A stretch of 64,000 nt of DNA from an uncultured delta proteobacterium. Its GTDB lineage: Bacteria > Myxococcota_A > Polyangia > Fen-1088. Below the pieces are notes generated by a model. It was not told the DNA's origin. It did not search any database and saw nothing but the letters and a program-made list of their open reading frames with translations. Below are positions 28,072 to 37,351 of this stretch, one piece after another. Position numbers and translations under genes: made by a program. The stretch covers positions 64,001 to 128,000 of the forward strand of contig CAVTRY010000013.1 in assembly GCA_963737265.1 (NCBI GenBank). Reading direction: 5' to 3'. Numbering within the stretch: the first letter of the stretch is position 1; every line of letters starts with the position of its first letter.

Positions 28072-28947
28072 CTATTTAGCCACCGCGACGTACACATGCT
28101 CGTCCGCCGCCTCGGGCTCCTCGGCGAGCAGGCGGCCGTCGAAGCCACCGAAGATTTCAGTGGGGCGGAAGCCGGCGAGCCTCAACATGCGTTCGACGTC
28201 GCTTGGCCATAATTGGCGGTGGCAAAGCCGAAGCACGCTCTCCTGACCGGCTGGCCGACCTTTCTCGTCGACCGGCTGATAATAGAGCCGCATGTGCAGA
28301 AGACGGCGATCGGCATCGAAGGTATGGTTGGTGGTGTAAACGAATCGCTGTCTTGTCGTCGGGTGGCGGAGCAAGGTGCGACCCCACCGACGGTTGGAAT
28401 CGCGTCCAAGCCACGCCGGATCGGGCGGAAGAACGTCGAACGCCAGCCAGGCGCCCCGAACCAGGCTGGCGCGGGTCCGGCGTAGAAAACGCACGAAATC
28501 TTCGTCCTCGGCAAGATGCTGGACGCTGTGGAAGGCCGCGATGGCCAGGGTTGCCTTGCGGCCAATCGCATAGTCGCGAATGTCCGCGCGCACCAGCGTG
28601 CAGCGTCGTCTGCGGGTGAGGGGCAGGCGCCCGATTCGGCGGGCCGCTGCCGCAAGCATCTCCGCCGAGCGGTCGAGTCCCACCACCTCGTGGCCGTCGC
28701 GGAGCAGGGGCACGAGAAGGCGTCCGCTGCCACAGGCGAGATCCAGAATCGGGCCCGCGGCGAACTCCATGCGGTTGCGGGCGAGGTGCCGGTAGAAGGT
28801 GACATCCGCCCGGCGGTGGCGGTACTCGTAGTCGTAGAGGTCGGCATCGACGAACGGCTCGCGGCTGCCCGCCTCGACATCGACGTCGACCTCCTTGCCG
28901 GCGCGCGAGAATTGGGCGCTCGAGAACGGATCCTGGCCCTTCGTCAT
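28072..28947 (-). CDS. Class I SAM-dependent methyltransferase
   Basis: ILDLACGSGR, VVGLDRSAEML, ADIRDY. Confidence 0.88.
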   Translation of the reverse strand: MTKGQDPFSSAQFSRAGKEVDVDVEAGSREPFVDADLYDYEYRHRRADVTFYRHLARNRMEFAAGPILDLACGSGRLLVPLLRDGHEVVGLDRSAEMLAAAARRIGRLPLTRRRRCTLVRADIRDYAIGRKATLAIAAFHSVQHLAEDEDFVRFLRRTRASLVRGAWLAFDVLPPDPAWLGRDSNRRWGRTLLRHPTTRQRFVYTTNHTFDADRRLLHMRLYYQPVDEKGRPAGQESVLRLCHRQLWPSDVERMLRLAGFRPTEIFGGFDGRLLAEEPEAADEHVYVAVAK

Positions 28948-28974
28948 GGGCGCGAGTATGCAATAACTTGGGTC

Positions 28975-29655
28975 ATGCAGACGATCGTGTTGCTTTCGGG
29001 CGGGCTCGATTCGGCAACGGTGCTGGCCATGTGCCGCGCCGACGGCAAGGTGTGCCACGCGCTCAGTTTTCGCTACGGCCAACGCCACGCGGTCGAACTC
29101 GCGGCCGCCGCGCGGGTCGCCCAAATGCTGGGCGCGGCTTCGCAGACAATCTGCACCATCGATGTTCAGTGCCTTGCCGGCTCGACCTTAACCGGTCAGG
29201 GCGAGGTGCCCAAGGGTCGCAGCGAGCGCGAGATGGGCGAAGGTATCCCGTCGACCTACGTGCCCGCCCGCAACACCCTGTTTGTCGCCCACGCACTCGC
29301 CCTGGCCGAGTCGATGGGGGCGGGCGAGATTGCGCTTGGAATCAATGCGCTCGACTACTCGGGCTACCCTGATTGCCGTCCCGAATGGGTCGCGGCCATG
29401 CAGGTGGTGGCGCGCCTTGGCACCAAGGCAGGCGTCACGGGGCAGCCGGTGAAACTGGTCGCGCCGCTGGTGTCGATGAGCAAGGCGGATATCATTCGCG
29501 CCGGGCTCGCGCTCGGCGTGGACTACGCCATCACGCATTCGTGCTACGACCCCACCCCCGAGGGCGCAGCCTGCGGTGCTTGCGATTCGTGTATCTTGCG
29601 CCGCCGCGGCTTTGAGCAGGCCGGCGTCCGGGATCCGACCCGGTACCGGCTCTGA
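28975..29655 (+). CDS. queC: 7-cyano-7-deazaguanine synthase
   Basis: SGGLDS, YGQRH, TYVPARN, YSGYPDCRP, SCY, CGACDSC. Confidence 0.96.
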   Translation: MQTIVLLSGGLDSATVLAMCRADGKVCHALSFRYGQRHAVELAAAARVAQMLGAASQTICTIDVQCLAGSTLTGQGEVPKGRSEREMGEGIPSTYVPARNTLFVAHALALAESMGAGEIALGINALDYSGYPDCRPEWVAAMQVVARLGTKAGVTGQPVKLVAPLVSMSKADIIRAGLALGVDYAITHSCYDPTPEGAACGACDSCILRRRGFEQAGVRDPTRYRL

Positions 29656-29676
29656 TTCGCCCGGAGCTCTCGGTCG

Positions 29677-31266
29677 CTAGTCGATGCGTGCGGCCCAGCG
29701 CCCGCCAAAGCTGCCACGGCCAAGAAAGGCCGGCCGCAAGAGCGGCAGAAGCCCCAGCTCCGCCAGGTCGGGGATGGGCGTGCGAACCACCGGGCCGGGC
29801 TGCCAAGGGCGAAGACTCTCGGCACGGGCAGCCGGGCCTGTAACCGGTGCCGCCACCTGTCCCGGAGCCGGTCCGCGCCCCTCGGCCGGGGCTGGCGCTT
29901 CCGGCCGAGCTTCCGACCGACCTTGGCGCCCGCGCCGGCCGTGCCGATCTCGCCTGTCGCGGCCGCCATCTCCGTCGGCCTCGACAAGAAGCTCAGGCGG
30001 CAATTCTTCCTCGGGGGAGCCGATCGGCGCGGTCGCCGGGGCCGTCGTTTGGGCCAGGCTCCCTGCCTCGATGGGCGCCCAGCCCTCGGCTCGCGCCACG
30101 ATGGTACTGAGCCACAGGGCGTCCTGATAAAACGGACGACCGGCAAGCCGCGACGGCGAACGCTGCGGACGCGTGGACGGAAGCATGTAGCGCACGGTAA
30201 GAAGAATCTGACGGCACAGCTCGGAATCGCGGCGCGAGGCCTTGAGACGATCCAGGACCGGCTGCACCGACTGGGTAACGACCTGGCCGACGTTTTTCGT
30301 CGCCACACCATCGGGCGCCAGGATGTCGCGCAGCGGCGGCAGAAGCAAGGTGGCCAGGATCATGGCATCGGACGGAGGCTCGCCCTTGGTGGCGATGGAC
30401 TCGTCGAGTGCGCGCAGATAGGACCAGAAGCGCTCGATGCGCGTCTTGACCTCGGGGTTGTCGCTCTCGTTGCGCCACGCCTGCGCCATCTCGGGCAGGA
30501 GGAATTCAAGCAGGCCCGTCTCAACCAGAAGCTCGAACGAACGCCGGGCGGCGCCCGCGCGAAGCAGGCGATAAAACTCCTCGGTGACGCGCGCCTGGGC
30601 ACACTTGGCCAGCTCCGCCTTGTGCTCCATCATCAGGCGGTAAGTTTCCGGTTCGATGGCAAGGTCGCACCGGGCGGCGAATTTTACCGCGCGCAGAATC
30701 CGAACCGGGTCTTCGCGAAATCGGATGTCCGGATCGCCGATGGTACGCACCAGCCGCGCCTCGAGGTCGGGAAGTCCGGCCACATGGTCGATGACCTGCG
30801 CGGTGTCGACGTCGAAAAATAGACCGTTGATGGTAAAATCCCGGCGGCGAGCATCTTCCTCCTCGGTGCCGAAGACATTGTCGTGCCGGATGAGCAGGTC
30901 GGCGTTTTCAGCCTTGATTTCCGGCTTGTTGTCGACCTCGATCGCGGCATCGCCGGGTTCATCTTCGAGCGTGCGCGGGTTGGCGCGGAAGGTAGCCGTC
31001 TCGATGATCTTGCGGCCGAAAAAGACGTGGGCTAGGCGGAAGCGTCGACCGATGATGCGACAGTTGCGAAAGCAGCGGCGGATTTCGTTGGGCGTCGCCG
31101 AGGTGGCAACATCGAAGTCCTTCGGCTTGCGACCGAGCAAAAGGTCGCGCACGCAACCACCAACCAAATACGCCTTGTGCTGATAGCGACGCAAGCGCTG
31201 CACGACGCGCAGGGCATCGGGATCGATCTGATCCAAACGAATTTCCATGTCTGCATGCCGTACCAC
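29677..31266 (-). CDS. pcnB: Poly(A) polymerase I
   Basis: LVGGCVRD, KDFDV, PAP signature IIGRRFRLAHV, DARRRDFTIN, FREDPVRILRA. Confidence 0.93.
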   Translation of the reverse strand: MVRHADMEIRLDQIDPDALRVVQRLRRYQHKAYLVGGCVRDLLLGRKPKDFDVATSATPNEIRRCFRNCRIIGRRFRLAHVFFGRKIIETATFRANPRTLEDEPGDAAIEVDNKPEIKAENADLLIRHDNVFGTEEEDARRRDFTINGLFFDVDTAQVIDHVAGLPDLEARLVRTIGDPDIRFREDPVRILRAVKFAARCDLAIEPETYRLMMEHKAELAKCAQARVTEEFYRLLRAGAARRSFELLVETGLLEFLLPEMAQAWRNESDNPEVKTRIERFWSYLRALDESIATKGEPPSDAMILATLLLPPLRDILAPDGVATKNVGQVVTQSVQPVLDRLKASRRDSELCRQILLTVRYMLPSTRPQRSPSRLAGRPFYQDALWLSTIVARAEGWAPIEAGSLAQTTAPATAPIGSPEEELPPELLVEADGDGGRDRRDRHGRRGRQGRSEARPEAPAPAEGRGPAPGQVAAPVTGPAARAESLRPWQPGPVVRTPIPDLAELGLLPLLRPAFLGRGSFGGRWAARID

Positions 31267-31308
31267 GTCGGTCAGGCATCGGCAAGCAGAGCCGAGCCGC
31301 GGGGCGCG

Positions 31309-31812
31309 CTACCGCGCCGAGGGTATGTCCGCCCCCCGGGCGAAATGCTCGTGTACTTTCACAGCCGTCACGGTGAGCAGGAAGGTCAGCAATGCGACGG
31401 CCAGAACCACAAGAATGTACCGCCCCATGGGATCGCGCGGAAGATCGACGTCATCCCGATCATTAGGGGTGGAGTCGCCCATGCCGCCGCCCGAAACGAA
31501 TCGCCCGCTGTCGGTCCAGCGCCCGATGAACCGCGCCAGCCGACTTTTCTGAGGTCGCGTGGGCCGGCGCGCCGCAATCTCCTCGGTGATTCCCGAGACA
31601 ATGGGCGCTGGGACGGCTGTGCGTGGTGTCGGGAACGCGGGTGACGGGGGCACGGGCGTTGGTGAGCCTGGCGTCTTGGGCGGCACGAAACCAGCCGGCA
31701 ATTTCAGGTGAAGATCGTGCCCCATGACCGTGCGCGCAGCCCGCGACCCATTCGAATCCGGGGGTTCTGAGCCGTCGCCAGCGAAGCCAAACCTGGTTTT
31801 GGAGCCCGCCAT
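31309..31812 (-). CDS. Hypothetical single-TM protein
   Basis: GAGG SD, Pro-rich N-terminus, one C-terminal hydrophobic helix. Confidence 0.55.
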   Translation of the reverse strand: MAGSKTRFGFAGDGSEPPDSNGSRAARTVMGHDLHLKLPAGFVPPKTPGSPTPVPPSPAFPTPRTAVPAPIVSGITEEIAARRPTRPQKSRLARFIGRWTDSGRFVSGGGMGDSTPNDRDDVDLPRDPMGRYILVVLAVALLTFLLTVTAVKVHEHFARGADIPSAR

Positions 31813-31855
31813 TTCCTCTTTCCAGAATACCAGGAGCCGCACGCAGGGGCTACGG

Positions 31856-31886
31856 GCCTGATGGTAAACAGCCTGATGGTAAACAG
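31856..31886. repeat. 15-bp tandem direct repeat GCCTGATGGTAAACA x2
   Basis: Exact duplication in the divergent intergenic region. Confidence 0.85.
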
Positions 31887-31961
31887 TTGCGCGTCTGCGC
31901 AGGTCAAGCCAATCTGACCCTGGGGCGCGAGGCTCTTTGCCGGCTCGCGATTCACCAACGC

Positions 31962-32999
31962 ATGCGCGTGCTCTTCGTCGTCAACAGCCTGAAAAACCTC
32001 CGCGCCACCTACACGACGGTGTACCTTGCCGCCGCGGCAAACCGGCGCGGGCACGACGTGGCCTTCATCTCGGTCGACGATTTTGCCCACGAGCACGAGG
32101 TTACCGGCCGTGTGGTTCGGCCCGCGCTCGATGGTGGATGCGATCCTACTTCATTTCTCGCCTCGCTGGGATCGTCTGCGGCGCGACACGAGGAGATGCG
32201 ACTGGCAGACTTCGAGGTCGTACTTTTGCGCAACAACCCCCACGCTGGCGACGGGCGCGGCATCCGCTTCAATCCGGCCATCGAGCTTGGCCGGCGACTC
32301 AAGGAAGCCGGCGCCATGGTCTTGAACGACCCCGACGGCCTGCGACGAGCAGGATCCAAAATGTACCTGGCCGGGTTCCCCGCTGCGATTCGACCCAAGA
32401 CGCTCATCACCTGTTCGGCCAACCGCGTGCGCGCCTTTTTGCGCGAGCTGGACGGCGCGGCGGTCATCAAGCCGCTTTTTGGCTTTGGCGGAGAGAGCGT
32501 CTTCTTCGTGGGCCGCGGCGAGACAGCCAACCTTGCGCAGATTATTTCGACGGTGCGAAGTCGTGGCTATTTGATTGTACAGGAATACGTGGCGGCAGCA
32601 GCGCGCGGGGACAAGCGCGTGCTGCTGCTTGCTGGCGTTCCGTTGCAGCAGGAGCGAACCCTGGCGGTTTACCGCCGCCTGCACGCCGGCGATGATATGC
32701 GTAACAACATGCACGCCGGCGCCACGCGCCGTCGTTGCCGCCTGACGCCGACCGAGCGCGAATTGTGCGAGACCATCCGCCCGCGTCTCATCGCCGACGG
32801 TCTCTACCTGGTTGGCCTCGATATCGCGGGCGGCAAGATTCTCGAAATCAATGTATTCGCACCGGGCGGCATCCACAACATGTTCGAGCTTTACGGAGTC
32901 GACTTGGCGGACGCGGCGATAGCGGATCTCGAACGCAAGTTCAAATTGCGCGGGGCCTACCGTCAGCCGGTGCCGCCGCACGTGTTTATGCGCGGATAG
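31962..32999 (+). CDS. Glutathione synthetase-like ATP-grasp ligase
   Basis: YTTVYLA, LLRNNP, VLNDPDGL, VIKPLFGFGG, VQEY, GDKRV, RNNMHAG, VGLDI, EINVFAPGG. Confidence 0.88.
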   Translation: MRVLFVVNSLKNLRATYTTVYLAAAANRRGHDVAFISVDDFAHEHEVTGRVVRPALDGGCDPTSFLASLGSSAARHEEMRLADFEVVLLRNNPHAGDGRGIRFNPAIELGRRLKEAGAMVLNDPDGLRRAGSKMYLAGFPAAIRPKTLITCSANRVRAFLRELDGAAVIKPLFGFGGESVFFVGRGETANLAQIISTVRSRGYLIVQEYVAAAARGDKRVLLLAGVPLQQERTLAVYRRLHAGDDMRNNMHAGATRRRCRLTPTERELCETIRPRLIADGLYLVGLDIAGGKILEINVFAPGGIHNMFELYGVDLADAAIADLERKFKLRGAYRQPVPPHVFMRG

Positions 33000-33422
33000 C
33001 TGCGTGCAACAAGCGCGACTGCAAGCTCCAAGCTGCAACACCAACGCCAACGGTGACGTGACCGCAACCCTGGAGGTGCCGTAGCCATTGCCCGACGAGG
33101 CCGCCGCGCCAGTCAGATCGGAGTTCCTTTCATAATGGACAGATCAGACATGGTTGTGCGACCTTCTGTATCAACCTGATTGATTACCAAGGGAACGGAC
33201 GTTGGGATCCTCGGATCTTCGACCAGGCTACACTTTTCTGGGTGACCGTGCGGTTTCCGAAACCTGGGCAAGACGACTGTTTGATCCCATGAAATAGGGC
33301 TCAGACGTGTGCGCAGAGGCAAAGCCAGGCACTTTCCGATAAGGGCAGCAGGCCAACCGGCGGCAATAGCGGTCGTTGCAACACAGCCCCAATGTCCGCG
33401 CCGTTGTCCTACTTTCCTTGAA

Positions 33423-34040
33423 CTAGCCTGTGCCTGACGCCACGGTCGGAAACGAAGAAGGCACAGCCGAAACGGCTACGGTTTTCGGCTTGCCGATGGG
33501 CAGGACGTCCCGCCCGAACTGTTCGCTTAGGACCTCGGCCATTGCGAGGTAGATCGCGCTCGAGCCACACAGGATGCCTTCCCAGCCAGCGATAGCGCCG
33601 ACGATGGGCGACTTGCCGAAGTCACGGATGGCGAGCAGGAAAAACAGCACAGTCAGCGAGAGAAACACGAACTGCAAGGCACGGCTCGCGCGCAACGTCC
33701 CAAGGAACATGAATAGCGTGAAGACGCCCCACATTACGAGAAACCAACCCATGAAACCCTCAGGGGTGGGATCGACCCATCCCGTGCGCGGTCCCACAGT
33801 CAGGCCCACCAGTGTGATCCAGAAAGCGCCGTAAGACACGAACGCGGTCATGCCAAAGGTGTTCCCCTTCCGGAACTCGAGGATGCCGGCGATGATCTGG
33901 GCGATGCCGCCATAGAAAAGCCCCATGGCCAGGATCATCGAGCTGATGGGATAGAAGCCCGCGTTGTGAATGTTGAGCAGCACGGTGGTCATCCCGAAAC
34001 CCATAAGTCCAAGCGGGGCGGGATTGCCGGTCTTTTCCAT
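33423..34040 (-). CDS. satP: Acetate/succinate uptake channel (GPR1/FUN34/YaaH)
   Basis: GNPAPLGLMGFGMTT, GNTFGMTAFVSYGAFW, six TM helices; GGAG SD. Confidence 0.95.
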   Translation of the reverse strand: MEKTGNPAPLGLMGFGMTTVLLNIHNAGFYPISSMILAMGLFYGGIAQIIAGILEFRKGNTFGMTAFVSYGAFWITLVGLTVGPRTGWVDPTPEGFMGWFLVMWGVFTLFMFLGTLRASRALQFVFLSLTVLFFLLAIRDFGKSPIVGAIAGWEGILCGSSAIYLAMAEVLSEQFGRDVLPIGKPKTVAVSAVPSSFPTVASGTG

Positions 34041-34079
34041 CATCATCTCCGAGTTGTTTCTACCATGAATCTCAAAACA

Positions 34080-34769
34080 GGCGCCATGGTCTTGAACGAC
34101 CCCGACGGCCTGCGACGAGCAGGATCGAAAATGTACCTGGCCGGGTTCCCCGTGGCGATTCGAGCCAAGACGCTCATCACCTGTTCGGCCAACCGTGTGC
34201 GCGCCTTTTTGCGCGAGCTGGACGGCGCGGCGGTCATCAAGCCGCTTTTTGGCTTTGGCGGAGAGAGCGTCTTCTTCGTGGGCCGCGGCGAGACAGCCAA
34301 CCTTGCGCAGATTATTTCGACGGTGCGAAGTCGTGGCTATTTGATTGTACAGGAATACGTGGCGGCAGCAGCGCGCGGGGACAAGCGCGTGCTGCTGCTT
34401 GCTGACGTTCCGTTGCAGCAGGAGCGAACCCTGGCGGTTTACCGCCGCCTGCACGCCGGCGATGATATGCGTAACAACATGCACGCCGGCGCCACGCGCC
34501 GCCGTTGCCGCCTGACGCCGACCGAGCGCGAATTGTGCGAGACCATCCGCCCGCGTCTCATCGCCGACGGTCTCTACCTGGTTGGCCTCGATATCGCGGG
34601 CGGCAAGATTCTCGAAATCAATGTGTTCGCACCGGGCGGCATCCACAACATGTTCGAGCTTTACGGAGTCGACTTGGCGGACGCGGCGATAGCGGATCTC
34701 GAACGCAAGTTCAAATTGCGCGGGGCCTACCGTCAGCCGGTACCGCCGCACGTGTTTATGCGCGGATAG
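34080..34769 (+). repeat. 690-bp second copy of the 3' part of the gshB-like gene (copy 1 = 32310-32999)
   Basis: Offset 1770 bp; 9 substitutions counted by eye; similarity ends exactly at the TAG stop. Confidence 0.95.
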
Positions 34770-34786
34770 TCTCAGTTGGCACGCTT

Positions 34787-37351
34787 CTACCGCGTGTTCG
34801 GATTGGCCAAGGCGAATTGAAACGCGCCGTTGGCGTCGGAGGTGGTTTCCGCGAGCGGGACGGTGCCATCGAAGCAATACGGCCATGCGGTCGGGCCGCC
34901 TAGGCAGCGGATCTGCAGAACAGTACCCGGAATCGGAATCTTGGGAAGACTCGAGTTGCGCGGATCGGATGTTCTGACGGTGCCTTTCCACACAATGGAG
35001 GCCATCAGTTTTTGCGTCACTTCGAATTCGCTGGCTTGCATCGGGCCCGGACCGACAAAGGTACGCGCGGCTTCGCTGTCAGCCGGCGGCACGGCGAGAA
35101 GGACGTAGCTTCGTCCCGGCGTCACGAAAACGAAAAAGCCGCCACCGGCAAGCACGACAGTGGAGGTTGGCGATTCGGGTGAGTCGGCACTTTGATCGTA
35201 GGTGCGGATAGTCACCGAGGATAGATCGAGTGAGGGGAGACTGTCAGGCGCGAGGAGCATCCCGCTGATTTCGACCTGGGCCTGAAGATGGACGGTCGTG
35301 GTGTTTCCGCCACTCGGGACAGGGAGGTCAAGCTGAGTTGTCGTGGTGGCACGAGCGCCGAGGGTCGCGGGCACTATCAGCAGGTCGTACGTCGCGGTCG
35401 CGCTCGCGGGTAGGTTGGGGAACGCAACCGCGCCGCTTGGGGAGGTGGTGCCTTCGACCTGGACATTCGCAAAGGCATCTTCCGTCGTGGGCGCGTCTCC
35501 GGCGCCTCGCACGGTTAGGGTTCCGACCTTTGGCGATCGGTGCGAGGTCACGCGCACGCGCGCCCCCGCAACCGGCATCCCGTCGGCATCCACCACATTC
35601 AAGGTAAGAGTGGCCGCCGCGGGCGGATCCCACTGGAAATCAATCGTCGCAGTGTTACCGGTGATGGTGACGGGCTGTGGGGCCAATGCCTCCGCGAGTC
35701 CGCTATCGACAGGGGGTGAAACCGAAACCCAGTAGTTTCCCGGTTGGACGTTCAGTGCGTAGCTCCCCTTGTTGGTGCTTCCCACGGAAGAGAACAGCAG
35801 CAGATTCGTCGGATCGGATGACGGCGAGGTTGGATTTTGGTTGGTCAGCACGACTCGCGCATCCGTGACGGCTTGGACGCCTTGGCTCGTGGTGGAGGTC
35901 GCGTTGCCGGTTACCTTGACTCCTCCGGAGAGGCTGAAAGCGTTTGTCGCGTTAAAGGAGGACGTGGTCAGGTTCCGAAATAGCTGCGGCGCTGTCGCAT
36001 CGACGGTTCCGACGGAACCGGAACCAACGGAGCCGCCATCGAGGGGAACCACGAGCACATTGTAGCTAAGCGGCTGCATGCCATCGCTGTTAATCAGTCG
36101 GGCGCCGAATGCCGTGGACGCGACGCCTTGGCCGCCCTCTTCCCCATCGGCCACCAGTTCCAGCTCCTGCGAGAGTTGGTTGAAGTGGGTGATGCGAACG
36201 TACGATGGGACGATGCTGGTCCCTACGCTCGGCAAAATCTGAACGGCAACACCTGGGTCGAGCGCAATATCGAGCGGCCCTGCCTGCGGCGACGGATTCG
36301 TGATGTCGACATAGGTTGTCTGCACCGGAACATTGGCGGTTGAAGGTGGCGTGGCGTTGACAATGACCGACGACAGACATTCGGCGCAGCTCGCCTCGGC
36401 ATCGTAAAATTGTTGGGAAATGGTGGCCGAACAGGCATGGGTCGAGTCCATGACCCTAAAGGTATATTGCCCGGGGCCGGGGATATCGAAGGCGGCCGTG
36501 GCCGTATCTTTCGCGAGCCCGGCGCTTGGGACAGTGACAGCGCTAGAAGGGGTGGCGCCGAGCGATCCTCGCCAGGTCCAAGTGGCGCCCGCGGGCGGGC
36601 CTCCCGAGACCTCGGCTCGCAACACGATCCGCGTATTGATTCCTGGAACCAATTGCTCAAGGGATATCGGCACGATGGGCACGATCTGGGCCACGCAGTT
36701 GGGGGACGTGTCGGGCTGACTGGCGTCGGACGGTCTGGTGTCTGACGATGCGGATGCGTCTGGTGAGCCGGCATCCGGTGCCCTTGGCCCGTCGGATGGT
36801 CTGGTGACGTCGGCGGCCGTTCCTGGGGCGTCCGGGGGCGACGCCCCAGCGTCGGGGTTGCCTGCCCTGCCGCCGCTTCCGGAAGTGGAAGTCAATCCGC
36901 CGTTCGCGCTGGCTCCGCCTGTTCCAGCGGCTCCTGCCATGCCCGACGAGCCTGCCATGCCCGAGGAGCCCGCCATGCCCGACGAGCCTGCCATAGACGA
37001 CGCGCCGCCCGCGGCATACGCCGAGCCTCCCGCCGCGCCGTTCGCTCCGCCGTTGCCGGTGACAATCGAGCCTCCACTTCCGAGCGCTCCACCGGCCGCC
37101 GAACAACCGATGCAGGTGTGGGTCGTCCAATCGTACGTGGGAGGCGTGCCGGGCAGGTTGCCAATCGCGACGCCAGCATCATCGGCGGAAATAACGATAC
37201 CCGAGGCTCCGCCCGCGCCGGCCGGAGCTCCGCCACCGCTGGTTGAAGCGCCGCCACGAGCCGCGCTTGCTTTGTTCGAGACGTTAGCGCCAGAGCAGCC
37301 GGCCACCACGGCGACCAGGGCCAAGGCGCTGGGGAGGACGAGCGTTTTCAT
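34787..37351 (-). CDS. Large lipoprotein with Gly-rich linker and Ig/carboxypeptidase-regulatory-like beta domains
   Basis: MKTLVLPSALALVAVVAGC lipobox; GMAGSS repeats; VVDADGMPVAGARV and YALNVQPGNY motifs; start overlaps upstream stop (ATGA). Confidence 0.7.
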   Translation of the reverse strand: MKTLVLPSALALVAVVAGCSGANVSNKASAARGGASTSGGGAPAGAGGASGIVISADDAGVAIGNLPGTPPTYDWTTHTCIGCSAAGGALGSGGSIVTGNGGANGAAGGSAYAAGGASSMAGSSGMAGSSGMAGSSGMAGAAGTGGASANGGLTSTSGSGGRAGNPDAGASPPDAPGTAADVTRPSDGPRAPDAGSPDASASSDTRPSDASQPDTSPNCVAQIVPIVPISLEQLVPGINTRIVLRAEVSGGPPAGATWTWRGSLGATPSSAVTVPSAGLAKDTATAAFDIPGPGQYTFRVMDSTHACSATISQQFYDAEASCAECLSSVIVNATPPSTANVPVQTTYVDITNPSPQAGPLDIALDPGVAVQILPSVGTSIVPSYVRITHFNQLSQELELVADGEEGGQGVASTAFGARLINSDGMQPLSYNVLVVPLDGGSVGSGSVGTVDATAPQLFRNLTTSSFNATNAFSLSGGVKVTGNATSTTSQGVQAVTDARVVLTNQNPTSPSSDPTNLLLFSSVGSTNKGSYALNVQPGNYWVSVSPPVDSGLAEALAPQPVTITGNTATIDFQWDPPAAATLTLNVVDADGMPVAGARVRVTSHRSPKVGTLTVRGAGDAPTTEDAFANVQVEGTTSPSGAVAFPNLPASATATYDLLIVPATLGARATTTTQLDLPVPSGGNTTTVHLQAQVEISGMLLAPDSLPSLDLSSVTIRTYDQSADSPESPTSTVVLAGGGFFVFVTPGRSYVLLAVPPADSEAARTFVGPGPMQASEFEVTQKLMASIVWKGTVRTSDPRNSSLPKIPIPGTVLQIRCLGGPTAWPYCFDGTVPLAETTSDANGAFQFALANPNTR

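Noticed and set aside
33000-33420. Lower-GC spacer as ncRNA or gene
   Set aside because: No recognisable tRNA or riboswitch motif. Only a possible short C-terminal remnant (33001-33084).
33423-34991. 522-aa ORF as an extended SatP
   Set aside because: The N-terminal ~315 aa are antisense of the duplicated gshB-like segment.
36925-36995. 18-bp tandem repeats (GMAGSS; also GNGGAT at ~53930-53980)
   Set aside because: Ordinary low-complexity linker repeats inside lipoprotein genes, not arrays.
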